From the IMG/VR virus record IMGVR_UViG_3300022879_000002, positions 57,876 through 121,875 of that record: 64,000 nt of DNA, one strand, 5' to 3'. Made by a program: the position numbers and the translations under genes. Under the pieces are notes generated by a model. That model saw nothing but the letters and a program-made list of their open reading frames with translations. It searched no databases and was not told the DNA's origin. Shown piece by piece: positions 29,490 through 38,656 of this stretch. The stretch's first letter is position 1; every line of letters starts with the position of its first letter. Source of the stretch: a virus.

Positions 29490-29790
29490 GATGGATATTC
29501 CTAAAGAGTATATTGAATATTTAAAGGGTGGATTCTATAAATGTCTATGTCTATTTGAAGAAGCTAATGAGGGATTAACTTCTTATATAAATTCTTTCAG
29601 CTATGAACTTTATGGTCTTCAATATTTGGTTAATGAAAAGAAAGAAATAGTGATTACTCTATTAAGTGTATTAGAGCATTTCTATGATGACAGTCTTGAA
29701 CCAAAACCTAATATTAAAGTTATTCGAAGTGAAGTATTCCGATGTATCAGTTTAATAAATAACTTATCTAAGGTTGGTGATGAGAATTGA
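29482..29790 (+). CDS. hypothetical virion-module protein
   Basis: overlapping operon gene. Confidence 0.55.
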   Translation: MFKMDIPKEYIEYLKGGFYKCLCLFEEANEGLTSYINSFSYELYGLQYLVNEKKEIVITLLSVLEHFYDDSLEPKPNIKVIRSEVFRCISLINNLSKVGDEN

Positions 29791-30464
29791 ATTTCATGGA
29801 AAAGTATATAAAACGATTGAATCAGGAAGGCGTCAATTCGAAAGATGCTTATCTTAATCAATCAAAAATTATAGCTAAACAACAGATTCTAAACTCTCCT
29901 AACCTATATAACATTTATTTAAATCTTGACGAAACTGTATCACATTATTGTATTGCAAGGGATAAAGGTAGTTATGAAAAGCGTAAATTTATATTTTTAC
30001 CTGATACTAAAGTGAATCTAGGAGATTATGTTACACAAGATAATTTGGTTTACTTATTGACAGGAAAGGATACAAATGAAGTTACACCTCAATTTACAGG
30101 TGACTTTTGCAGTGCGGAATTTCCTGTAAAATATGCTGACCAAAAAGTTGAAATCGACAAAGATGACTTAGGAAGACCTGTATATGACACCATTGAAGGT
30201 GAAGTAAAAATGTTACCATGTGTTCCTAAGATGAATGATGCTTCTACTTCTATTGCTGATACAAATAACCCAATTAATCTACTGGACAATCAAGTAATGA
30301 TTACTATCCCCTACACTGAAGCTCCATCGATTAAATACAACGAGAAATTTAAACTGTTCAATGATACATATAGAATTATACGTATTGACCCTTCTAAATC
30401 AATTAATAAAGTTGGCGTTCTTAGAATTACTGGAGAACGAGTTGAAAGTGTAGGTGATAGTTAA
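29787..30464 (+). CDS. head-closure-like protein (yomX position)
   Basis: beta-rich; synteny. Confidence 0.5.
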   Translation: MNFMEKYIKRLNQEGVNSKDAYLNQSKIIAKQQILNSPNLYNIYLNLDETVSHYCIARDKGSYEKRKFIFLPDTKVNLGDYVTQDNLVYLLTGKDTNEVTPQFTGDFCSAEFPVKYADQKVEIDKDDLGRPVYDTIEGEVKMLPCVPKMNDASTSIADTNNPINLLDNQVMITIPYTEAPSIKYNEKFKLFNDTYRIIRIDPSKSINKVGVLRITGERVESVGDS

Positions 30465-30985
30465 TGGATTTAAGAGGAAGTTTAAAAAAATTATTCATCA
30501 CGTTATCATCTCATGAAAAATTATTACGTTTGCTTCATTACATACCTGTAAATGCAAAGGATAATCCGTTAGATACAAAGAAGCCTGATATTAATTCACT
30601 ACCAAACAAGTATGATATTGTTGAAAAAGTGTTAATGCCTTCTGATAAAAAATATGATTTAGATTTAAAATCTGAATTATGTAGGATTTGTTTCTATACA
30701 GGAACAAGAGAGCTTCAGGATACATATAATATTGCTGCAAGAAGATTACAAGATAATGTATATGTTGCTAATCAAAAATATAATTTTGATGTTTATGTAC
30801 ATGTTGACATTGATATAAAAGATTTTCGTATGACTTGGATTTGTAATACTTTGAATGAAATTTTAGATAAACAACATATTTCTGATATAGGTAAGTTGAG
30901 ATTATCTTTTTCCTCCCCTATTAATAATACTCCTGATGGATTTATTGGTTATAAAATGGTATATGTCACAAGTTCATCACAGTGA
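30464..30985 (+). CDS. tail terminator-like protein
   Basis: RICFY...FDVYVH pattern; synteny. Confidence 0.5.
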   Translation: MDLRGSLKKLFITLSSHEKLLRLLHYIPVNAKDNPLDTKKPDINSLPNKYDIVEKVLMPSDKKYDLDLKSELCRICFYTGTRELQDTYNIAARRLQDNVYVANQKYNFDVYVHVDIDIKDFRMTWICNTLNEILDKQHISDIGKLRLSFSSPINNTPDGFIGYKMVYVTSSSQ

Positions 30986-31752
30986 GGCGACAAATAATGA
31001 ATGATATAAATGATGTTTTTGGAAGACCTAGGGAATATAAAGGATTAAATATTTACCCTATTACAATGAAAGACTGTGATAAGTTTTATGATTCTGTCCA
31101 ATGTTTAATGCTTTCAAAAAACTCATTAGAAGATGTTCAGTTTCTTAAAATGTCTTATCTTCGTTTTCTGTTATTGGTGTCAAATTCTGAATTAAAGGGT
31201 TTCCAAGATAAATTGGTGACATTATTACAATTGATTCTTCAAACTGATAATTTTGAAATAACCTTAACTGATAAAAATCGAATAGAAATTATTGTCGAAG
31301 ATAAATTTATTATCAGAGAAAGAGATTTCGATAAAATAAAGACTTTAATAAGTGAACAAAACTTAGTAGATTTAGATGATGAATTTATAAATCCAGAAGT
31401 AAAGGCAAAGATTGACGAAGCAAGAGCGTTTATTAATAAGAGAGGTAGTAAAGTAGCAGGCTTGGATCAACAGATTATTTCGTATCACTGTATTAGTGGA
31501 ATTTCTTATAACGAAATTGAAAGATTAACAATTTATCAATTTCAAAAAGGATTGGCTAGATTTGATCATATATTAGGTGCTGAAGCCATTATGAATGCAC
31601 GTTATTCAGGAATGGTCGAATTTAAGGATGATTCAAAATTACCTCATTGGTTAGGACATATTGAAGATTCTAAGAAAAATGAAGGATTAATACTGAACGC
31701 CGATAAGTTCAAAAATGAAGCTTCAAACAAATTAGGTATGGTTAACAATTAG
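30982..31752 (+). CDS. virion-module protein (yomV position)
   Basis: 256 aa, synteny. Confidence 0.5.
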   Translation: MRRQIMNDINDVFGRPREYKGLNIYPITMKDCDKFYDSVQCLMLSKNSLEDVQFLKMSYLRFLLLVSNSELKGFQDKLVTLLQLILQTDNFEITLTDKNRIEIIVEDKFIIRERDFDKIKTLISEQNLVDLDDEFINPEVKAKIDEARAFINKRGSKVAGLDQQIISYHCISGISYNEIERLTIYQFQKGLARFDHILGAEAIMNARYSGMVEFKDDSKLPHWLGHIEDSKKNEGLILNADKFKNEASNKLGMVNN

Positions 31753-31784
31753 AAAATACATAAACTATCGGAGGAATTAATTTT

Positions 31785-32780
31785 ATGGCAGAAAATAAAT
31801 TTTTAACATCGGTTGCGGATGTTAAATTATACGATGACAAGACTGGTGATTTAATTTTAAATGGTAAAACATTAATTAACTCATCTATGACTCAAGCAAT
31901 TCAATCTCAAGCTATTTATGCAGGTAAAGGATCAAAGAAACTTTTTGAATACAACTACCAAAAAGAACTCTCATTCTCGATTGAGGATGCTACCTTCAAT
32001 ACGAGTTATATTTGCTTACAAAATAACACAAAGGTCTTAAGAGAGCTTTCTGATTACTACACAAACGAGTATGTGACTCTAGATGGTTCTGGTAAAGGTA
32101 CCCTCTCTCAAAAGCCAGTAGGAAACATCCATATAGAAAATGAAAATGGTACTTTTACTCAAATTATTTCTAATGGTAAAGAATTTACATATCCTACTTT
32201 GTCAGGTCAAGAGGTTCAAGTTTCATATGCATACAAAGAAATGATGGATAACATTACACTTTCTGCGGATTCATTCCCTAGGGCTGTTCGTATGGTTTTA
32301 AATGGCGATATTATGACTAACAATGGTAAAGAAGAAGAAATGCAAATTGTAGTTCCTAAATTTAAACCAGATGGAGCAATGGAATTATCAATGACTCATG
32401 ATGGAGTTTCTTCATCTTCTTTAGCAGGTACATCTTTGGCAGACAATAAAGGTAATTATGCTTACATTTCATTCAAGGCAGTTAATGATGAAGATGTACC
32501 TGTAATTAAAATTGCAGCATCCCCTTCTGAAATCGATTTAGATTCTACGGTAAGTGGAGATACGGAACAGATTACGGTTTATGGTATTCGTGGAGGCACT
32601 TATGGAGTAGTTTTGTTAGATAATAAAACACTTACTTTTACTTCTGATGAACCTACTATTGCTACTGTAGATGCTAGTGGTTTAGTTGCATTGGGAGCTT
32701 CTGCTAATGCAGGTGATACTACTGTTATTCGTATCACCGATGGTAAAGCAAAAGACATTGTAGAAGTTACAATTCTATAA
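31785..32780 (+). CDS. major tail tube protein with C-terminal Ig-like domain
   Basis: C-terminal TFTSDEPTIATVDASGLV Big_2-like motif; strong RBS; terminator follows. Confidence 0.8.
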   Translation: MAENKFLTSVADVKLYDDKTGDLILNGKTLINSSMTQAIQSQAIYAGKGSKKLFEYNYQKELSFSIEDATFNTSYICLQNNTKVLRELSDYYTNEYVTLDGSGKGTLSQKPVGNIHIENENGTFTQIISNGKEFTYPTLSGQEVQVSYAYKEMMDNITLSADSFPRAVRMVLNGDIMTNNGKEEEMQIVVPKFKPDGAMELSMTHDGVSSSSLAGTSLADNKGNYAYISFKAVNDEDVPVIKIAASPSEIDLDSTVSGDTEQITVYGIRGGTYGVVLLDNKTLTFTSDEPTIATVDASGLVALGASANAGDTTVIRITDGKAKDIVEVTIL

Positions 32781-32801
32781 AAACAATAAATATATATATA
32801 C

Positions 32802-32830
32802 GAGTAGGGATTATTCCCTACTCCATTTTT
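32802..32830 (+). terminator. intrinsic terminator
   Basis: GAGTAGGGA-ttat-TCCCTACTC followed by a T tract. Confidence 0.8.
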
Positions 32831-32846
32831 ATATTGGAGAAAAGAT

Positions 32847-33347
32847 ATGGTTCAGTTCAATAATATAGATCAAATACAAAGGTACTTTGAACGCAATTCT
32901 CATCTGGTTTTCAAAGATAGAAACATTGAAAAAGTGTTAGCTTCCACAATGTCTCAAGCTGTATATGATGTTGTTTATAGAAGATATGTACCTGTTGAAT
33001 ATAAACGTAGACGTAATGATGGTGGTTTATCTGACGTTCGTAACATGAAGATTACAAAGGTTGAAGTGAAGAATGGAAAAGTTATTGTGTTATTCGAAAA
33101 CTTAACATTAGGTCAAGGTCACTTCTCCCCTATTTATGAGCAAAGTCAAGACTCCATGTATGGGCAATTCATCACAGATGTAATTAATGATGGAGAAACT
33201 GATGGTAACAGTTGGTATAGGCATGGTAAGTGGTCAAATGCTAGACCGTTTATACAAGAAACCATAGCTAGAATTGAAGCTAATCCTACATATTTAGTAA
33301 ATGCAATAAAGAGTGCATATAGAAAATTAGGATTTGAAGTGAGATAA
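32847..33347 (+). CDS. tail-completion-like protein (HK97 gp10-like)
   Basis: C-terminal ARPFIQET motif; synteny. Confidence 0.5.
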   Translation: MVQFNNIDQIQRYFERNSHLVFKDRNIEKVLASTMSQAVYDVVYRRYVPVEYKRRRNDGGLSDVRNMKITKVEVKNGKVIVLFENLTLGQGHFSPIYEQSQDSMYGQFITDVINDGETDGNSWYRHGKWSNARPFIQETIARIEANPTYLVNAIKSAYRKLGFEVR

Positions 33348-33388
33348 CTTCAAGTCTTTTTTCATTCTTTTGAAAGGAGAATGATGAA

Positions 33389-34427
33389 TTGATTGAAAAA
33401 GAATTAGATATTAATAAACATATGTTACGTGAAAGAGCAAAGAAACTACCTGATGTAACCGATGAAATGTGGAAAAATGTAAATAAAGAGTATAGGAATT
33501 TAATTGACGAGTATATTTCTTCTCAATCACACTCCCCTCAAACTAAAAAGCAATACAGATCGATGTTACGTCAATTTGGTTGGTTTATTTATGAGTCGCT
33601 TAACAATAAGCCTATCTATAAAATTAAAAAACGTGACATAATTCGTTATTTATCTTACCTTCGAGATGATAGAAAAATGTCTCCTTCAGCTATTGGAACA
33701 CGTAAAGCAGTTATTTCAAGTTTGTGCAATTATATTGAAAATGTTGTAATGGATGATTTTGATGAAGAAGAGTTCAATCCATATAAAAACTTCAGAAACT
33801 TTACTCGTGGACTACCTGCTATTCCTAAAAGCTCTGTTTATGAAAAGGTTAAAGTAACAAAAGACGAGTATCTTGAGATGATGAAAGTATTAGAAGATGA
33901 TGAGAATTATTTAGGTATGGCATGGTTAGCTGTTGCATTTAATGTTGGAGCTAGACGTAACGAAATTATCCAGTTTAAATCAGAAATTGTAGATTACAAA
34001 ATTAATGAAGAAGCTACATACATTATGAGTCATAACGTTCGGTTAAAAGGTCGTGGAGAAGATGGTAAAATTGAACCTTACATGATTAATTATGAAGCTT
34101 TAAAATACATAAAGTTATGGCTTGAAAAACGTGGCTATGAGCATGAATACATCTTCACAAAAAAAATATGGTAATGAAATTAAAGTTGTTGAAGAAGGAT
34201 GGGCTAATTACTTTTGTTCAAGTGTACTTTCTCATGTTCTTGAGAGACGCATTAACCCCCACTTATTCAAGGCAAGTGCAGTTACATACTTATTAGAACA
34301 AGGTGTACCTTTAGAATTAGTAAGTAAGTTCGTTGCTCATCATGAGAATGTAGCCACAACAATTGCTCATTATGACCTTAGAGATCATGCTGAAGAAAAG
34401 AATAATATCTTCGGTAACATGTCGTAA
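33389..34427 (+). pseudogene. tyrosine recombinase (YomM-like) split by a +1 frameshift in an A8 run
   Basis: SAM-like N-terminal domain, GARRNE (Arg), HLFKAS, HHENV..T..HY (His/Tyr); removing one A from 34159-34166 fuses the two ORFs (...YIFTKKYGNEIKVV...). Confidence 0.85.
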
Positions 34428-34502
34428 ATAATTGAAATACTCCCCTACTTTAATTTAGGGGACTACTTGAGTTATTTAATCAAATAAGAATTTTATTTAA
34501 AT

Positions 34503-34548
34503 AAATACATAACAAATACTTGAATCAGTAGTCTCTTCGTGTTAGTAT
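34503..34548 (+). promoter_or_regulatory. sigmaA-like promoter with upstream AAATACATA box
   Basis: AAATACATA 34503-34511, 8 nt, TTGAAT 34520-34525, 17 nt, TGnTAGTAT 34543-34548; second box at 34594. Confidence 0.6.
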
Positions 34549-34625
34549 TTAGACATAGAGATAAATCAGTTGTGGTTTTATCTTTAAATAAATAAATACA
34601 TAAAATCACATTAAGGAGAGATTTA

Positions 34626-35663
34626 ATGAACAGCATTGAAAAATTTACAGAAGGTAGCAAAACATTATTTTTATTTCAGCTTGACGGTAAGGTAGCTACA
34701 ATTGCTCCAGAGTTGATGGCATTTGAAGGATATGCAAGCCCTAAGAAATCATGGAATGACATTAAAGAACGAGAAGACTTTGAAGAAGGTTATGAATACA
34801 AGACCTTACAAGGTAATGATCTAAAAGTATTCAAAGAAATTTTAAAAGGAAGTGACGACCTGTCCTTAGTCGTAACTGAAATGGTGACGACCTTATATGA
34901 ACAGTATAAATCAGTTCCACGTCTAGATATTGTATTTGAAGAAGGTATTTTCGGTACTATGTACTCTTCTAACTCAGGACATGCTAATAAATTTAAAAAG
35001 TTTATGCGTAGAGAAGTTAATCCTAAATTAAATTCTGAAGGTAAGTTTGATCTTGTAGAAAACGAAATATCTAAAATTGAAGATGAAAAAGAAAAGCAGT
35101 TACGATTAAGGATCTCAAAATGTCAAAGTCTTTTTGATTTAGCTCCTGATGACAATTTTACTGTTATTCAGTTGAACAATTTAAAGAATGAGCTACAACA
35201 ATATCTACACTCTAAACAGATTGAAGAAGTTCAAAACAAAGTTGACGCTCTAGAATTTAAGGTGAACCGATCAGTGGTTGTTCGAGAAGGAGATAAGACT
35301 GCTGAAGCTGTAGCAAGACATTTCAGTATCTTCTCATCAACCAATAAACCACATGGTAACTTCGCAGAGCATATGGCTAAAAAGTTAGGGTTTTACATTT
35401 CTCCAGATGGTAACATTGGTTATCAAGATGAGTATGTTACAGTAAATATAATACAACGTGGTGGAACTGAAGTTCCTACTATAAAATTCAGTAAGGAAGC
35501 TGTAAAACTGATGAATGACTGTATCGAAAATGAAGGCTTGGAATTTACAGATGTTGATTATGTTAAACGTGGTATGGATAAAGGTAAATTCAAACGAGCT
35601 AAGATTGAATTTGATACAGGAAACATTTGGGTAAATGAAACAACTTATAATTTGTATAATTAA
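34626..35663 (+). CDS. Bro-N-like antirepressor/DNA-binding protein
   Basis: EEGIFGTMYSSNSGHANKFKKFMRREVNPKL resembles the Bro-N C-terminal signature. Confidence 0.6.
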   Translation: MNSIEKFTEGSKTLFLFQLDGKVATIAPELMAFEGYASPKKSWNDIKEREDFEEGYEYKTLQGNDLKVFKEILKGSDDLSLVVTEMVTTLYEQYKSVPRLDIVFEEGIFGTMYSSNSGHANKFKKFMRREVNPKLNSEGKFDLVENEISKIEDEKEKQLRLRISKCQSLFDLAPDDNFTVIQLNNLKNELQQYLHSKQIEEVQNKVDALEFKVNRSVVVREGDKTAEAVARHFSIFSSTNKPHGNFAEHMAKKLGFYISPDGNIGYQDEYVTVNIIQRGGTEVPTIKFSKEAVKLMNDCIENEGLEFTDVDYVKRGMDKGKFKRAKIEFDTGNIWVNETTYNLYN

Positions 35664-35709
35664 ATACATAATAAAAGGTGAGAAAATGCCACTCTCACCT
35701 TCCTTATTA

Positions 35710-36156
35710 TTAATAAACATCAATGATTTCTACACCTACAATTTCAATAACTGACATGCACGAATCGAATAAATAGCAATCATCCTTGAAGATGAATTTA
35801 TCAATTATGATATTAGATGGTGTTACTAATGAGTCGATATTGCTGATTAGATCATCAGGTACATTTTCAATTAATATACAGAGATCAAATTCTACTTTAC
35901 CATTAGAGATTACATTGAATTTAAAGTAGTTGGTGAATTTGTATGTACAATCTGGAAGACTACTCACAGACATGTTGAAGTTTTCTATGCTCCAATCTAA
36001 CCTGTTTTCTTCAACATAATTGTACTCTTGATAAATTGTTTCGAATGATTTTAATTTACCATTTTCGTAAATGGGTTTACCTAGTAATTCAACTTGTGAT
36101 GGGATGTCCCCTTTTGCAATAAGTTTGATTGATGTGATTAGTGTATTCATGTTCAT
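35710..36156 (-). CDS. hypothetical protein (moron), divergent from an HTH gene
   Basis: 148-aa ORF with AAGGGGAG RBS, against the late-operon direction. Confidence 0.65.
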   Translation of the reverse strand: MNMNTLITSIKLIAKGDIPSQVELLGKPIYENGKLKSFETIYQEYNYVEENRLDWSIENFNMSVSSLPDCTYKFTNYFKFNVISNGKVEFDLCILIENVPDDLISNIDSLVTPSNIIIDKFIFKDDCYLFDSCMSVIEIVGVEIIDVY

Positions 36157-36193
36157 TCTCCCCTTCTTTATTTGTAAAAATCTCCATACATAA

Positions 36194-36247
36194 TTACGTT
36201 ATACGTAACTTACGTTTAGTGTAAATTACTTTTAACGTAATTGTCAA
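36194..36247. promoter_or_regulatory. three tandem 15-bp operator-like palindromes overlapping a leftward promoter
   Basis: TTACGT-TAT-ACGTAA (36194), TTACGT-TTA-GTGTAA (36210), TTACTT-TTA-ACGTAA (36226) at 16-bp period; minus-strand TTGACA 36247-36242, 18 nt, TACACT. Confidence 0.75.
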
Positions 36248-36293
36248 CATGTTATTTTATTTATAATTTGAAACTTGTATAATAAATAAAGAG

Positions 36294-36515
36294 GTGTATG
36301 GGATGAATATTGAAATTAAATTAAAAGAACTTTTGAAAGAAATAAATATGGAACAAAAAGAACTAGCTGAATTAACAGGCTTATCTTCTAGGACTATATC
36401 TGAATTAGTAAATAATAAAACAGAGAGAATTCCTAAGACTGCTTTAGTAAAAATAGCAATCGCATTAAAAGTGAATGATATTAGAGAGCTTATTGATTTT
36501 GTAGAAGACAAATAA
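36294..36515 (+). CDS. Cro/XRE-like HTH regulator
   Basis: LKELLKEINMEQKELAELTGLSSRTISELVNNKTERI. Confidence 0.9.
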   Translation: MYGMNIEIKLKELLKEINMEQKELAELTGLSSRTISELVNNKTERIPKTALVKIAIALKVNDIRELIDFVEDK

Positions 36516-36794
36516 TTTAAAACTAGTCTTGAATTTCATAATTATTCCCCTAATTTATGTATATTTGTTTTAATCATCATATTGGAATAATTATGAAATT
36601 TAGTAAAACAGAACTACTTTTATAAGGTTAAAATTGAATATAAACACCCTCTTTTTTCATCAAAATAAATAATTTCGCATCAAAAATATAACATAATTAC
36701 AGAAATACGTAAATATGTAATAAATTGAAATCCAATCCTCTTGTGCATATAATGATTTTTAGTAGATTTTTATATACATTAGAGGTGTAGAATA

Positions 36795-37022
36795 TTGATA
36801 AAATTGACAATAGATAAAGCAGCTAGTTCTAAGGGAATTAGTTCTCAAAAAGAGTTGAGGGAATTGATCATAGAGAAAACTGGTGTGGAATTACGAGCAG
36901 CTACAATTTCAGATTTATACAGAAATAATAAAAATCAAATCAACAGAGAACACCTTTTTGCTGTAATGGAAGCATTAGAAATTACGGATTTTAATGAAGT
37001 TCTTACAATAAAGAGGAGATAA
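36795..37022 (+). CDS. Cro/XRE-like HTH regulator
   Basis: SSQKELRELI..KTGVELRAATISDLYRNNKNQINREHL. Confidence 0.8.
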   Translation: MIKLTIDKAASSKGISSQKELRELIIEKTGVELRAATISDLYRNNKNQINREHLFAVMEALEITDFNEVLTIKRR

Positions 37023-37159
37023 TTTCTAAAATCTTTCATTAATTACATAATCATGTTATCCTATAGTAAATATGTATTTGGAGGAATGAACATGAAATCT
37101 AAAGTATTTCCAAACATTCTAAACCATTTACCTCTTTTAGATGAGGAGGTATTTACTGT

Positions 37160-37849
37160 ATGAGTGATAACAAAACTCTGAACAAAATTGTAGCTTCTGT
37201 AGTCCTTATATTAGGCGTACTTCTATTAGTGTTTGCATTTTTATTTATTAATAAATCAGTAGAAATTGGAACTACATTAGGGATTATAGGCTTAATAATA
37301 GGAGCAGTAGCGATAGGATTATTTTTGAGATTTAATGAGAATAAACCACTATTAATAAAAAGACTTAAAGATGAAATAAAATTTAAATACCAATTAGACG
37401 ATCTTTTTGTTTCTAATGATTTGAGTGGAGTTGTTGGGTTTTCAAAAGAAAGAAATACTCTGTACTTAATGACTAGAGCTGATATTTCAACAGGGATAGA
37501 AATTTTAGATAATTATTATTTGATTGACGCTTTTCCATTAGAAAGTATAAATAATGTAAATATTATTGAAAACGATATTGTCATAGTAAACTCAACTGAT
37601 AAAAATTCAATAGGTAAATCTGTTAGTGGTGGATTCGGTAATGAAGGAATCCAAAACAAAAAAGTAATATTTAAAGTTCGAATCCAAGCGATAACAAAAG
37701 ATGTTGTAAAGCCTTCTTCTGATGTCTTTTTATATAGCAGTAACATTGGACTTAAACGTAATTCAAGTGAACATTTGGAGTTATATAAAACAATAAATGA
37801 TTTCTTTGATAAAATGAAATTGGTTATAAAGAAACAGATGTCTTATTAG
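37160..37849 (+). CDS. membrane protein with two N-terminal TM helices (moron)
   Basis: hydrophobic residues ~9-57, soluble C-terminal domain; GAGGAGG RBS. Confidence 0.75.
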   Translation: MSDNKTLNKIVASVVLILGVLLLVFAFLFINKSVEIGTTLGIIGLIIGAVAIGLFLRFNENKPLLIKRLKDEIKFKYQLDDLFVSNDLSGVVGFSKERNTLYLMTRADISTGIEILDNYYLIDAFPLESINNVNIIENDIVIVNSTDKNSIGKSVSGGFGNEGIQNKKVIFKVRIQAITKDVVKPSSDVFLYSSNIGLKRNSSEHLELYKTINDFFDKMKLVIKKQMSY

Positions 37850-37934
37850 TCATCTCCCCTACTTACCCACTTCTATGTGGGTTTGTTTTGAACATTAACA
37901 TAATAAATACATATTTTTTAAAGGAGAATTATAT

Positions 37935-38462
37935 ATGCCAAATAAAATTAATACAGTTGATGCTTCATTCTTTACTCAACGTGCTGAAAACGTTAATCGA
38001 AAAGAGTTTTATCATTTTGACAAAGAAAAAGGACATAGTATTACTTACTATCCTGCATTCTCTAAGTCGAAGAAAGATGAATTGATTGTAGAGTTAATTA
38101 ATACAATTCAATATTGTAAGATCAACAATATTGATTATCTTAATAATGATGCTGACATGGAGCAATATACAGGTTACCTTATCATTAAACATTTCACATC
38201 TCTATACGAGACTTTATCCAAATGGACAGTAGAAGAAAACATTACATACTTAAAAGAATTATATGATAGTGGTGATTTTGAATTATTTTTTGATGAAATA
38301 TTTAGCAATGATGAAGTGATTAAAGTTTTTGATCAACTAAAAGCAACAAATGAAATTGCTAGTATTTATAAAAAAGAATTAGATAAGCAAAAACAATTAA
38401 TTGAGTCTAATGTAAAGAATGATAAGTTAAAAGAAAAGGTGTTAAATCAATTATCTAATTAA
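37935..38462 (+). CDS. putative tail assembly chaperone
   Basis: AAGGAG RBS; position between the recombinase and tape measure in SPbeta-like phages. Confidence 0.5.
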   Translation: MPNKINTVDASFFTQRAENVNRKEFYHFDKEKGHSITYYPAFSKSKKDELIVELINTIQYCKINNIDYLNNDADMEQYTGYLIIKHFTSLYETLSKWTVEENITYLKELYDSGDFELFFDEIFSNDEVIKVFDQLKATNEIASIYKKELDKQKQLIESNVKNDKLKEKVLNQLSN

Positions 38463-38514
38463 TATTCAATATAGAATTAAAATAATTATTAATAAATACA
38501 TAATAAATAGTAGT

Positions 38515-38542
38515 TTGACATCTAACTAATTTATGTTAATAT
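38515..38542 (+). promoter_or_regulatory. sigmaA-like promoter of the endonuclease gene
   Basis: TTGACA 38515-38520, 16 nt, TGnTAATAT 38537-38542; predicted +1 near 38549. Confidence 0.7.
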
Positions 38543-38548
38543 TTAACT

Positions 38549-38645
38549 ATAGGGATAGAAAAGGAAGTCATGAGCCTTCTCGACAAGTAGGATATCCCAA
38601 ACCTACTTCCCTATTTAATTATATTTGGATATTACTTTTTGGGAG
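38549..38645 (+). ncRNA. structured 5' leader (three-way junction) with a loop complementary to the downstream RBS
   Basis: P1 ATAGGGA/TCCCTAT, P2 AGAAAAGG/CCTTCT, P3 AAGTAGG/CCTACTT with loop ATATCCCAAA able to pair TTTGGGA(GG) at 38638-38646. Confidence 0.6.
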
Positions 38646-38656
38646 GTAATTGAGAT

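Noticed and set aside
37092-37163. 23-aa ORF MKSKVFPNILNHLPLLDEEVFTV overlapping the start of the membrane gene
   Set aside because: It has an RBS but no further support; possibly only a translational-coupling leader
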